Source: Haliotis rubra (Eukaryota). From it: 64,000 nucleotides of DNA. The position numbers and the translations under genes were made by a program. Where the stretch lies: assembly GCF_003918875.1 (NCBI RefSeq), contig NW_025767132.1, positions 496,001 to 560,000 on the forward strand, in the 5' to 3' direction. Of this stretch, positions 48,221 to 60,899 are shown piece after piece (positions within the stretch are counted from its first letter, which is position 1; every line of letters begins with the position of its first letter). The notes below the pieces were generated by a model that worked only from the letters and a program-made list of their open reading frames with translations, did not search any database and had not been told where the DNA came from.

Positions 48221-51200
48221 AAAGGTATCTGTGTTATAATTTGATCAGGCCGAGAGTAAAGTCTATGTCCGTTGTGTACATTTTCTTTGTCATTTGTCAT
48301 AAGAAAAGGAACATAGAACCTCAATATAGTTGATCCATTAAATTTGTTTTAAAGATGTTCAAGTGATTAAGAACATTGATGTATTAATTCTCGGTTGTTT
48401 TATATTTACTGACAATGAAATAACGTATTAGATGTATCAAATCTTAACTGGGTGAATGGTGTATGTGTAGTGTTTGATTATTTAGCTACTGCTGTTGGCT
48501 GCACTCTGACTCAGTTAATTTTTCAGCATGTCCTGAGTTAAGATGACTACCTGTTTTGGGGGTGAAATTTACTGGGAGAGTTTGTAGCAAATTATTACAC
48601 ATGCATTTTACCAGACAACTATTCACACTGGTTGTTTTATCCTAATCTCTAGTGAAAACATTATTATTAGGAAACAATAGGCCATTAAATCTAAAAAAAC
48701 AATATCAGAATCATGACTCCACTTGCATTTGTATGTTTGTCTGTGTTTTAGCCTCGAAATTCAATTTCAAAGTTATCCTTAGACATCAAAAGCTGGAAAT
48801 GAACATAACTAAGTAGTCACACATATTATTTTATAAAAACACTGTTAATTAAAAACAGCATGTACTAATGAAAGTATTTGATTTAAACCCAAACCCCTGT
48901 TATCTTAGTAATGGCAGGAAGAAGCTTGTGCACATCCATAATCAAATGGTGGAAGGTGTCTGGTATACTGCATGCTTGCCAGCAACTGTTAACATGAGGG
49001 CACCTCTAAGTTTCGAAATTCAACTGGCCCATATACCTTTCACATTGGTGGAAGAAGTACATCAGTACTGCCAAATAGGTCTGTGACCATGGAAACATTT
49101 TACTTTAACAATATTTAATAATGTGTATCTGATTTGTAGTAGGTTCTTGTGTTATGATACACAATATGACAATTTCCATGTTAAAGATTCATGTATATTT
49201 TCTGTTAGTCAGTTGCTCCAGACAAAAAGATATGCCATAATTTGTTTAGTATAATTGTCCACTGAATTCAAAATGGCTTGAAACTTCTTTTACTTACCAA
49301 CCAGAAAGTTCTTAAAATTCTTGAAAGGCATTTAGAAGTTGGACGAATATGAATACATTACACGTTTTTATGGATAACAACTTCTCTATATTTTTTTATG
49401 ACATTTCAGAGCTTATTCTTGCTCCTTCATCAGATGAAAGAGGAATTAGTTCTGAAACATTGTATGAAGTATATAATGAAATTGTTATCCAAAACGTGTC
49501 GTGTATTCAGAATGTTTTTGTAGTAATTGATGAGTCATCTTTCACAACATGATCTTCTCAGAGAAGGGATTATTGCATGGAGGTAAGTGTTTTGCTGACT
49601 GAGCAAACTCAAAATATGTGAAGCCTGATAACAGTTTGTTAAATCAGTAAACACCCCCACCCCCCCCCCCTCACACACACAGAGACAGAGAGAAGACAAT
49701 TCTTTATTAAACGGCTTGACGTTCCTGTAAATACTCAATATGTTGATTGAAGAATACCGGTACCTCTAGACATATATGATAAGCGTACCAATGGTTTAAG
49801 ACCCTAGATATGATTTATTTGTGCATTTTGCAAAACATTTGAAATTAAACAAAAACAAGGAATCGGTCAACATTATCTGTTTACAGTTAACAGCTGTCTC
49901 TTGGGACAATTTATTAACGTTTTTCAACCAAGATTTATTCAGTGAATTAAGTAGAAGTAGCAGAGTTCATATTTCCCAAGCACTTATCAGCGTATTTATG
50001 GAGCTCTGTTTATTGGATGTTTTGGAGAAAATGTGAAGTAGTGTCATTTTGGAAACTATTTTGAGAAGATAACATAGTGAACACAATGCCAACAATTACT
50101 ATTGTGACATCATTAAACAAGGGGAATAATTTCACTGATGCATGATCTCACAAATTGTGCCAGTGCTTCACACTTCCTTGAATTTTGTTTCATTGTCCAA
50201 ATGGACCAAACACTCGCTGTATATGTCTCTGTGAATGTGATTAGTAATACTGTTGTATATCTATTCTCTCAAAAACTTGCTTTATATTTTTTTATTTAAA
50301 AACCGAGCTGTTTGGCGTGTCGTTTGATTAGAGCATTGGCTGACAACAATAGTGTAATACTGCTGAGTATACCTCCATCAGCCCATCCAAGCACACCCAA
50401 CATTATAGGGCTGCTTTCAGTTGTTCAATGTTAAATGGTAGTGAATTCAGCTTAAAGGGTGGCCATTTGCTGTGTGGCATGTACAACAAGATATATCACC
50501 AAGGTTCTATAGCTTTTCTGTTTTGTGAGTTTGATGGTTTATGTTAAGATCAAAACTGATATCCATAAACATCTTCTTAAATCTTTAATAGAATTGATAA
50601 AATCTCTTTCCATGGTTTCTCCTGATCAACTGAAATTTTAAAGACATTTGTAAAGTTTGTATTTTGCTCCACATTTTGTAATGTTGAGATTCAATAACAA
50701 AATATTAAAAAGAAAATGTTCACAGAAGTTTAGAAGATATATATCCCACTGTTGATATTGATGTGCATTTTGACAGTTTGTTATATGTTTAGAGAGGCAA
50801 GTTGAATTACCATGATTACATTTTGTTGTTGAGATCAGGCTAAAAATAAATGTTCTTTTGCAAAGACAGTTTTGACATGGGAAGTTAAGGCATAACAACA
50901 AATTTATCATGTTTATGTTATAGCTTTTTGAATTGTAGACTTCAAGTTTTGATTGCCTATGTTTCCATGTATTGGACTTAATCATATGCAGATTGGACTG
51001 TATAATTCAAGGAGTTTTATGTTAGAGTTGTGGGATAATTGCAACATGTCTTGTCAACCGATGGTTTCCTTGAAACTGACCACATTACATACAGAAAAGC
51101 TTTGTTAGTTTGGATAGTGTAATTCCAAGTGAGATGATGAAATGTACATATTTATAGATACCACTCAAAAGGAGTTGAAGACGACCTGATACTTCTGAAT

Positions 51201-53566
51201 TACTACAGTTATGGCCTATGTATTTTGGAAGTCAATATTGAGCATGTCAGTATTGATGAATTGGTCATCTTCATTAATCACTGTGCAGAAATCAATTAAC
51301 CTTTGCAAGTAATATCTCAGAATCGCAAGTTTGTGGGTTTTTTATCATACACTTGTATGAATTACATTTTTACTTAGATCTTTTAAAATAATTCATGATG
51401 CACTATCAGAATTGTATCTGAGGCATAATAGATGTCTATATTGTACTTAAACAGAAAATGTAGAACATATTGAATTTCAGTTTTTGTTTCCTTTTTTAAA
51501 AAGAATGTGAAATACATTTTTCTTGGGAAGTTACTGGGAGTTTGCTAAACAAAAAAAGCCATTTTGACATTGATATGGGTATACACAGCAACAGTAATTA
51601 ACAATTTGTGTGTTTTTGTGTGTATTTGTATCTATTTGCAATTTGCTAACCTGTTTTAGAGAAAGCTTATGTGCACTGCTTGTTTGATATTTCTTTTGCT
51701 GTTTTGTTATACAAGGATGTGAAAGGATGTTAAGAACAAGTCTGAGATCTTGAATGATGATCAGCAGTGGGTAAAACATTGTAGTTGTTCAGGACTAGGT
51801 TTGAAGACATCTCTTTCCTCAACATTAATACTTGTTACAGGGTACCAGATAACATTCACCCAGTATTGATGTTCAGCTCCTTGCTGACCAAATTGTAATA
51901 GGTCTTTTAAGTTTCTGTAATGCTCAACTTGTCTGTATTTTAAGAAATGTGCATTGTTCATAAAATTTCAGTTATTGTTGAAAATTATTCAGTTTCATGA
52001 AATGACTTACACTTAGAGCTTCATTTCATTTTATGGCATATATTACATATATGACTGACGTGAAAGAAATGAGCAAAGTGGAAACGTAATGGGGAAGTAC
52101 AAGTAGTTTCATTTCCACTTCAAATATATTACTAACAATTCCAGTTCAGGCGTTGAGTATCTGGGCCAGATTTAGAACTATCAGCATAAGCCTGTATGTT
52201 TGCTGTACCAACTTCCATTCGTCAAATAATTGTTCCCAAAGTATTATGAATTCATTTTACGTCGGAGATTTCATTTACTTAAGTATGGGTGGCACACACC
52301 AATTTTGATTCTGGACATTTTTGGAACCCATGTCCATGTTTTTTGACCAAAGTGGTTAAAATATACAATCTGTCTCCCAGAATTTCAAACCCAAATAGGG
52401 ATTTCTGCCTTTTTGTGACTGATGTACTGTTAAAAGTGTTTTCACAACGCTGTCCTGTACATATCTGCACTTGGCTCCCTGTGATTCTGTCTATGTTGAT
52501 GTTCTGGCACAAGCAAGGTTGGGTGTTGAATGATAGGACATAATGGTTGCGGATTTGAGAATGACAGTACCTCTCAAATTCAAGTACACTGTTCCAACGT
52601 TTTTAACTTTGGTTTTTCATTTTAAATTTCAAATATTTATTGTGCATTAAACAACAAACCAATTAGTTAGTATATACTTGAACATTTTCCTTTCACTCAC
52701 CCTACTACAGTAGCTGATAGACAACCAACTGTTCAGGAGACCATCATGGAACTTAATGTATATAGATGTAGCCTGACCAAATGTTGTCCAAATTTTTGTG
52801 TGGACAATCACATCTTTGATAGTACACCATGCAGACAGCAGTGATTGAAGGCTCAGATCTCGCTTTGTGCCTATAATTTCATGTATGTAGACCAGCTGTG
52901 TAAATGACCTATTAGCATCATTATTATTCAAGAACCAGAATCAGCTGAACTTTGACTGGCTCTACTAAACTCCAGAGAACCAACAGTGACAGAGTATTGA
53001 TGTCACTTCAGTTGTCTTATGGCAGACACAATCTCACATCATATTAGTTTGTAACTTTGTTTTATTGTACATTATTCGATGAATGAATGAGCCAAGGATA
53101 TTTCTCAATAAATTATTCATCATGTCTATTTGGAGTTTGTTATGCTTCTCATTAGATGAGAATGATGTCAGATGTTGCTTCCTTTGGTTGGTCCATCATT
53201 GTGACTACTTCATGGGTTTGTATATACAACATTCCTTTATCACAAGCGAATATCAAAGGCCAAGTAGTAGTTGCTACTTTTGACAGTGGTCATTTGCTCA
53301 ACAGATAATTCAATATCAGGCAATAGTAGGTTTCACATAAAGTTCATGAACATAGTAATGGTGGTCATACATGGCTCTTCACTTCTACACTGGATAGTAG
53401 CTGTGTTCACAGATGAAAAGAGATATAACCTTTGTACAGAACTGGTGAAATATTGACAATGTTGGTCAAATGCTTAAATAGCCCAAATGCTATAATTATG
53501 GACCCTATTTAATATATATTCACCACCACAATGTGCTCTTGGTGCACAAAATATGCACCAAAAATA

Positions 53567-54784
53567 TACTGAACCACAAAACAAATGTCGCACAGATACT
53601 CTGTGAAATGCCTGATCGAGTCCAGCAGCAGTTGTTGGCCTTGGGTGGAGGTCATTCAGTCTTCTTTGAATCTCATCCCAAAGGTGTTCTATTGGACTCA
53701 AATCAAGACGGAGTACAGGCTAGTGTAGGGTTTGGATGCCATGCAGTCTCAGGAAGGCCAATGTTACTCTGGCAGTGTGGGCACGAACGTTATCTTGCTG
53801 GAAGATGTGATTTCTGTAACGTCCAAAATGTGGTACAACGTGGGTCTTGACTTGGTCAATTTAGCGAGCAGCTGTCACGTCATTTCCTCATCCTGGACCG
53901 AGATTCTGGAACACCACGGTGCCAACTATCTGGTTCAGACCGATTACATCCCACACCGTGATGCTTGGACCACCCCACGACTCTTTCAACAATACACTCA
54001 TTGGAAAACAGTTCCCCACGCCTTCACCATACTCTGATTCTGTCATCGACTGTCGAAACACAATATCGGCTTTCATGAGAAAAAAGCAGTTCTCCATTGT
54101 CAATAATGCCAATTTCGATGCTGAGTTGCCCACTGCAGTAGGTTTTAGTGGTGATGAGCGGTGAGGACAGGACTACAATATGGTCTGTGACAGCAGAGAT
54201 TTCTTCCACGCAAACATTGACGCACTGTATCGGCACTGATGGGTCTGTTGGGAGTCCCAATGGTCTGGAGTGCTCTTTCCGTTGCTCTTGGGAAGCGACC
54301 CTGCAGATGGTGGCTCACAATCTGTCGGTCTTGACGTTGTGATGTTACTGAAGGTCGCCCACTGCGTGGACAGTCTTGGGTGCTGTTAGTGGCCTGATAC
54401 CACTCCTGCAGCCGGTAAATGACTGGCTACCCTCCATGCAGTCTGGTCAACATGCAATCGTCCCAAGACTTAGTTCCTCTGATCTCTCGTAATTCGGGCC
54501 ATGGGGATTGCGTCAAAACAAAAATAATTTCAAGCAAGTTTGAGACTCGCATTCATTGGTAGGGTTGTCATGGTATGCACGTGTATTTTCTTTTTCACGA
54601 ATGTCATACGGAACCTTTTACCACGTCTGCCTTTTTAGGTGCGTTTGGTCAATATGCATTTGGATATCAATTTGGATTGAAAAACATGTTAACAAAACGA
54701 TACAATCATAATAAAAGCACCATTTTGTAACAACAAAATCTTGCATTTGGTTTTGAAAAGCGACGTTTCTTTTGTGGTTCAGTA
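53567..54784 (-). mobile_element. Tc1-like transposon with decayed transposase
   Basis: TIRs tactgaaccacaaaacaaatgtcgc / gcgacgtttcttttgtggttcagta with TA TSD; motifs FSHESRY, WGGPSITVW, SPIEHLWDEIQRRL. Confidence 0.9.
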
Positions 54785-55166
54785 TATATCAATTGGACAC
54801 TTTTGGCTGCTCCATGGAACCCATATAAAATACTGTTGTCCCACAACATGCCTTGTCTGTGATTGGAATCAGGTCACTACTATTGTAAAAGTATAAAGAT
54901 CATAAACTATACAAGATGTGAATGTGTTTATTATTTCACAACCTCAAAATATATGTAGTTACTAAGAATACATATAATGCATTTATTTCACATTGCTGTT
55001 GGTCTGAAAGTTTGGATGATATTGTACACATGGTTAGTGGAAATCCTGTCTCTAGTATATGAGCTGAAACATGATCATCCTGACTTCCTGACACAGTACA
55101 ATGTTGTGAAGATTTGGAGCTAGGAGCAATGGTAATTTCTTTGTGGTGAAGTAGATCGGCTTAGCC

Positions 55167-57979
55167 CTAGAAGAAGAAGTAATACCCTAACCCATCATCA
55201 TCTGACCATTCATCTTCTACCCTGCAATAGGAAAATATTCAGTTAACTTCAGTATGAAAAAAACAAAAGTCAAGGTAGCCAAATAATACAAAATATTTCT
55301 AATTGCTTCAGTGTTTTAACACAGGATTGAACATATTTCAATTATATCATATCATTTTACTTGATAAAAGTTTGGTTTAATGCCAGAATTTTAGTTATAT
55401 GACATGATTGATGTTCGATTATTAACAAGAGTCATCAGAAGATGAAATGTCCCCCCAGCCCCCACATATTTAAACGAACAAATCATCTGACATCTGAAGT
55501 CCAAATCGTTTCCATGGAAATCATGAGAAATATAAATGCCAAAAATCTGTAAATAGCAAAAGGCACCATTTCAAAATTTGCCTAATATATATGCCAAGTT
55601 CTGTTGAAAGATACTGAACGCTTTTCGAGTTGTGCACCGGAAATGAAGCCCACCCCTCCCTTTTGGGTGAGGTGAGGTGAAATTGGGTTAAACGTCGTGC
55701 TGGAGAATATTTCGCTCATATGACGACGTTCCCTTTTGGGACTAAGTCCTAATCGTTTCCATGGAAAAATAAATATTTCAAAAATCTGCCAAATAGCAAA
55801 AGGCACCAATTTGGCATCTGCCTCACATATCTGCCAAGTTTTGCTGAAAGATTTTAAGAAGTTGTCCAGTTGTGCTCTGGAAACGAAGCCCACCCCTCCC
55901 TTTTGGGACTAAGTTCGAATCGTTTCCATGGAAACAGGGAAAAATAAAAATGACAAAAATCTGTAAATAGCAAAAGGCACCACCTTAGGTTCTGTTTGAT
56001 ATATCTACCAAATTTTGTTGAAAAGTATTGAACGGTTTTTGAGTTATGCTCTGGAAACAAAATGATTACGGTCGGACGGACAGACGGACGAGGCGTCGAC
56101 TATATCCCCCCACATTACATGCCGGGGGGATAAACAGTGAGTGAGTTGGGTTGAACTCTTATCAGTATTACAATTATATTATGGAGTGCCAGCTGGATGT
56201 TAGAGTGAGTCATTGCGTGAGGGTGTGGGGGTGGGGCAGAGCAGTGTGTAGGTTTGTTATTAAGGTTGGGTAGTAGGATTGTTTACATGGGTTTGGTACT
56301 ATGGTTTGGTCAGATAACGGAGGGCTGGATGTCATGGTTGGGTAACAGTTTAGGTTATGGCACTCTGGGTGTCTTGGTTGGGTAACACAGGTTAGGTAAT
56401 GACAGTCTTGGTGTCTTGGATGAATACCACAGGTTAGGTAATGGCAGTCTTGGTGTCTTGGATGAGTACCACAGGTTAGGTAATGGCAGTCTGGATGTCA
56501 TGGTTGGGTAACACAGTTAAGGTAATGGCAGTCTGGGGTTTTGGGTGGGTAACACAGGTTAGGTATTGGCAGTCGGGGTGTCTTGGATGGGTAACACAGG
56601 TCAGGTTATGGAGGGCTGGGTGTCTTGGATGGGTAACACAGGTCAGGTTATGGAGGGCTGGGTGTCTTGGATGGGTAGCACAAGTTAGGTTATAGAGGGC
56701 TGGGTGTCTTGGTTGGGTAACACTGGTAAGGTTATAGAGGGCTGGGTGTCTTGGATGGGTAACACAGGTTAGGTTATAGAGGGCTGGGTGTCTTGGATTG
56801 GTAAAACAGGTTAGGTTATGGAGGACTGGGTGTCTTGGATGGGTAACACAGGTTAGGTTATAGGGGGCTGGATGTCTTGGATGGGTAACACAGGTTAGGT
56901 AATGGAGGGCTGGGTGTCTTGGATTGGTAACACAGGTTAGGTTATGGAGGGCTGGGTGTCTTGGATGGGTAACACAGGTTAGGTTATAGGGGTCTGGGTG
57001 TCTTGGATGGGTAACACAGATTAGGTAATGGCAGTCTGGATGTCTTGGTTGGGTAACACAGTTTAGGTTATAGAGGGCTGGGTGTCTTGGATGGGTAACA
57101 CAGTTTAGGTTATGGCAGTCTGGGTGTCATGAGTGGTAACGGATTAGGCAATGGGCACCTTTTGAAGCCTTTATTTATATGTAGTTGACAGATCACTTAC
57201 ACCTGTACACCATCATCATCATAATCATCTCCTCATCATCATCACCACCTGCTGCACCATCCTCATTCTTATTTCCATAACCTGATGTCAGTTTATCTGA
57301 AATAAATAATAATTATATGAATGCAATAACATAAAGAATAAATATGTTAACAACTACAGAAAGTATCCAGACCTCAAATCCCATAAATACAATATGGCCT
57401 TTTGGTTATGAAAATACACTGTCATCACTTCCATGATCAAAATATATAGAGGATATTATATGAGTGCCCATGTCATACTATGTTTACGACACGAGTGCCT
57501 TAATGTTGGAATTTCTCGAGCGAGAGCGAGGGATATACCGATATTTAGGCATGGGTGTCGTAAACATACTTTGATATGAGCACGAATATAATATTCTGTT
57601 TATTACCGAAGTCATCAAATTGGGGAAAATAACCAAATCTACTTTCAAACATAGGCTGGCTACCGCATGTCACCGCATGTAGAACGCATCGTCACAGAAG
57701 CGTGACGTCATAGCACTGTTCATGACGTTACGTCACCATGACAAAGTGATATTTTGCCCTTGGGCATCGTAATATGAAAAATATGAACCCCCGATATTTT
57801 CGCTCTCGTAGGTTAATAAATGCCAGTACTTACATTCTTGAACATGTTTCCTGGGGTCATACTTGAGAGACCTAATCTCTGCATCAGGATGATCCTTCAG
57901 ATATTGTGCCTTGGCCTCCTCAGCTGCCTTCTCCATCTCTTCCAAGTGAATCTTTTGGGCATCCTCAGTGTTGCTGCAT
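55167..57979 (-). CDS. 3' exons of a protein-coding gene, possibly an RNF216/TRIAD-like RBR E3 ligase tail; upstream exons not found in the window
   Basis: Exons 57834-57979 (CSNTEDAQKIHLEEMEKAAEEAKAQYLKDHPDAEIRSLKYDPRKHVQE), 57201-57296 and 55167-55221 (VEDEWSDDDGLGYYFFF*), all with canonical splice sites. The family guess rests only on recalled resemblance to the post-RING2 helix of RNF216-like proteins. A 1-nt correction near 57230 is needed to read the acidic tail. Confidence 0.55.
55424..56133 (+). mobile_element. Helentron-associated non-autonomous element (HINE/DINE-like)
   Basis: Starts aacaagag, has three internal ~180-bp repeats (aatcgtttccatggaaa...aaatagcaaaaggcacca), a GGAC/AGAC microsatellite and a terminal hairpin atcccccc...ggggggat. 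A 5'-truncated family 2 SINE tail is inserted at ~55668-55729 with TSD tcccttttggg. Confidence 0.75.
56320..57130. repeat. 42-bp G-rich minisatellite, ~19 units
   Basis: Unit ggtaacacaggttaggttatagagggctgggtgtcttggatg. Confidence 0.93.
57449..57598. repeat. Imperfect long inverted repeat (fold-back element)
   Basis: ggatattatatgagtgcccatgtcatactatgtttacgacac / gtgtcgtaaacatactttgatatgagcacgaatataatattc. Confidence 0.65.
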
Positions 57980-58628
57980 CTGTGGACAGAAAATATTTAC
58001 TGCAAATTTGTTTACTGTATATTCTGCAGTATTATTCAAATACTCTTCAATTCTTCTCTGCAACAGAAAAAAATTCCATTAACAAGCTTTGTTCTTCAAT
58101 CCATGGATAGACACTGACCACTAGTCAGTAAACTGTTGACATGCACTCTTATTGGACAAAACTATGCACAGCAAATAGTGGCTCTTCATATACAACTGTG
58201 CCATACATGCGCTGATTTGGAAATGATCTGTGGAACAATGTTTCCAAGGCTTAACAAAAATGCCAAGGCAAAAAGTGAGCAGGGCTAAATAATATCCCTG
58301 ATCTCGACTGGAGAACAGCTGAAGAACAATATTGATATTGGAGATGGAGTGATGCCTTAACATTTGCGCTGGTTTCTATTCAAAAGGACAATAATTTCAC
58401 ACAGTAATGGCACGATTTAAATACACTCTGGTGCATCACTGGCAAGCATTACTGGATTCGTTACACTTGACACTGATTAATATTTTTACCTCAGATGATT
58501 GTCGTTTTAAAGAATGTTCATGCATTTATATATGTCTTCTGTACTTTTGTGACCTAAAAGTATTATGTCACAAACAGCACTGACATTATTTGAATGGTCT
58601 GACATCTCCTAAATTGGAAATTATAAAG

Positions 58629-58981
58629 TGATGAAAATAACATAGGACTGGAAATTTTAACTATAAATTGTATATTTATATACTTATCCTATCTCACGAT
58701 TTGTTCTTCTTTCTCTTGCTTCTACGCTGAGTGGAACGAAAATGAACTTTTTCTGGAGGCTTCTCTTGTCTATAACGCCTGTGTTCCCCAGCCTGCTCTC
58801 CTTATAGGCAGGTCCTTAGTCCCTTGCTAAGCGTGCAGCACGCTCCCCTATCTACCCACGTGACTACCTCAGAGTGATATTCTCTTCTTGGAGCCAATGA
58901 GAGTTAACTGTAACTGTCATAATCTGAGTAGAGGGGAGGCTGGGTGGGCATCCTTCGCATGAAATAGGATAAGTATATAAA
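58629..58981 (-). mobile_element. 3' ITR and partial ICR of a DIRS family A copy, interrupted by the family C element
   Basis: Aligns closely to 9666-9975; 58958-58981 (catgaaataggataagtatataaa) is the reverse complement of its own ITR near 58675-58698. Confidence 0.85.
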
Positions 58982-59277
58982 ATGTAATTTTCTGAATAAA
59001 ATTGATATTTTATACTTATCCTAACTCATGCTCTTTTGCTTGTCTTCTTCTTCTTGCGAACACAGTGGAACACTTGTATCTCCCAATTGAAGCTCCCCTT
59101 CAATGTAAAATCACTAATTAGTAATCACCAAGAGTTGTCTCCTTCCCAGCCATTTGCGCGGGAACGAGGGTGCCACCTTCCGCCACATGCCTCACTCTCT
59201 CCTTATATAGCGAGCCCAACACTTGAATTTTCAGGGAAATCCAAAGTGTTATGTGGGGAGGATGGGAGGGCTTACTT

Positions 59278-59362
59278 CATGAGTCAGGATAAGTATAAAA
59301 TATCAATTTTATGCAGAAAATTACATATTTTTCCTTATCCTGACTCATGCTCTTTTGCTTGT
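59278..59362 (-). other. ICR of DIRS family C
   Basis: 59278-59326 is the reverse complement of the terminus 58982-59030; the remainder (atttttccttatcctgactcatgctcttttgcttgt) repeats the ITR core, as expected for the start of the 5' ITR. Confidence 0.88.
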
Positions 59363-59399
59363 AGAATCCTACGGATACGGAGGTGGGAATACAGAATAC

Positions 59400-59823
59400 T
59401 TTGGATTTAGATAATTAGTGATTTGATAACTGTAATAACTGTAATAACCCTTATGGGAACTTCATAAAGGCACTGAATTAATAATTCCTGCTGTTAAGCT
59501 TATCAGCTGCCATATATGGGTTACTACAATATATAGATATTATGATAAACATAAATAAACTACTCCTAATGGAGAAGTTAACTAAAGTATTTACAACATA
59601 AATACTAGGCTTAAGACTAAGATAGACTTAAGCTTGATAATATAATAGCATAAACTTCATAGAGTTGTTAGCTAATGATATTGTTATGATATAACAGACA
59701 TAGTACTGAGCTTAAGATTATGATTGGACTTAAGCTAAAATATATAATAGCCGCATTAACTTCGTGGAGTTATTAGCTATATAGTACTGTTGTGAAATAA
59801 GCAGTAAAAATCTCGTAAGATTG
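59400..59823 (+). other. AT-rich hairpin array of DIRS family C
   Basis: About a dozen closely spaced short inverted repeats between the ICR and the YR stop. Confidence 0.65.
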
Positions 59824-59825
59824 AC

Positions 59826-60893
59826 TTATCTTCTCCGAGGGACTGTCAACTGCTGTGCGAAGACCATGGGACCGAAATGGTGAATGCCTGAGACGTCCTC
59901 GGTGGTGATATCTCTCAGATAGTGGTTGGCAAACACCATATCGGATCTCCAGAAGCAGCCCTCCATGATGGTATTCAAAGAGCAATTGCCGTAGAGCAAG
60001 TGTTGAAGATAGCGCCTAATTTCATGTGGATTAGATGCTCTTGGAGGGTCGAGTCCTGCAGCCTTGTAGGCAGAGTATGACAGTTCTGATCCATATCGAG
60101 ATACTTGTACATGAGATTTCAGTCTGTGTAGCTGTCGATAGAGGGATGAATAATCGTTTGAGTTTTTTGTTGCCTCAGTTTGGATCGCCGTAGATATATT
60201 TTCAGTGTTCTGACTGGGCATAATGATAGATCCAGTTTATCATGAGGTCCCAGAATTGATGAGAGAGCTGGGACGTGGAATAATCTGTCTGGTTGACCTG
60301 GCAACTGGTTCTTGGCGATGAAATCAGCGTAGTCCCATATGCATGATGTTATGATTGTCATCAAAGCGTGTTCTCTCAGAATCTAGTGCGTGAATCTCTG
60401 ACATCCTGGCTGCTGTTGCTAGGGATAACAGGAACAAAGTTTTCTGTGTCAGAAATTGAATGATGTTGATTCCAGTGGTTCATATGCCTCACTTGTGAGG
60501 TGTTGGAGCACTATATTTAGATCCCATGCTGGAGCCAAACCTCTGTTTCTGATCCTCCGATCGGAATGCACGTAGTAAGGCGAAGTAACTCTGGGGTCTT
60601 TGTCAACTTGACACCCATTCTCATAGTTATGACGGAGCTTAAAAGCTGCGTAGATATGTTGATAATGTTGAGCCTTTTAGACGCGTTTAGTCTGTCGTGA
60701 GGTAACATAAGTAGTCAGCCACTTGTGGATGTGTAGCATTTCTAGCTGTAAATCCTTTCTTTGCAGCATAATTTTCAAAACTGTGCCACTTGTCATCATG
60801 CAAGTTAGTGGAGAAGCACGCAAGGCAAGCGGACTGCTTAGCTGCTCTGGCTGAATAACCTCTTTTGTTTAGACAAGCCTTAATACAGTCCAT
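59826..60893 (-). pseudogene. DIRS tyrosine recombinase (frameshifted)
   Basis: FIAKNQLP, LCPVRTLKIYL, NPHEIRR, CFWRSDMVFANHYLRD; homologous to 10521-11230. Confidence 0.87.
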
Positions 60894-60899
60894 ACGTGA

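Noticed and set aside
48221-53500. Further genes or a SYNJ2BP-COX16-type readthrough
   Set aside because: Only short low-complexity ORFs; probably 3' UTR or intergenic, and no COX16-like exon was seen.
56483-56695. ORF with WVTQVRLW repeats
   Set aside because: It is a translation of the 42-bp minisatellite.
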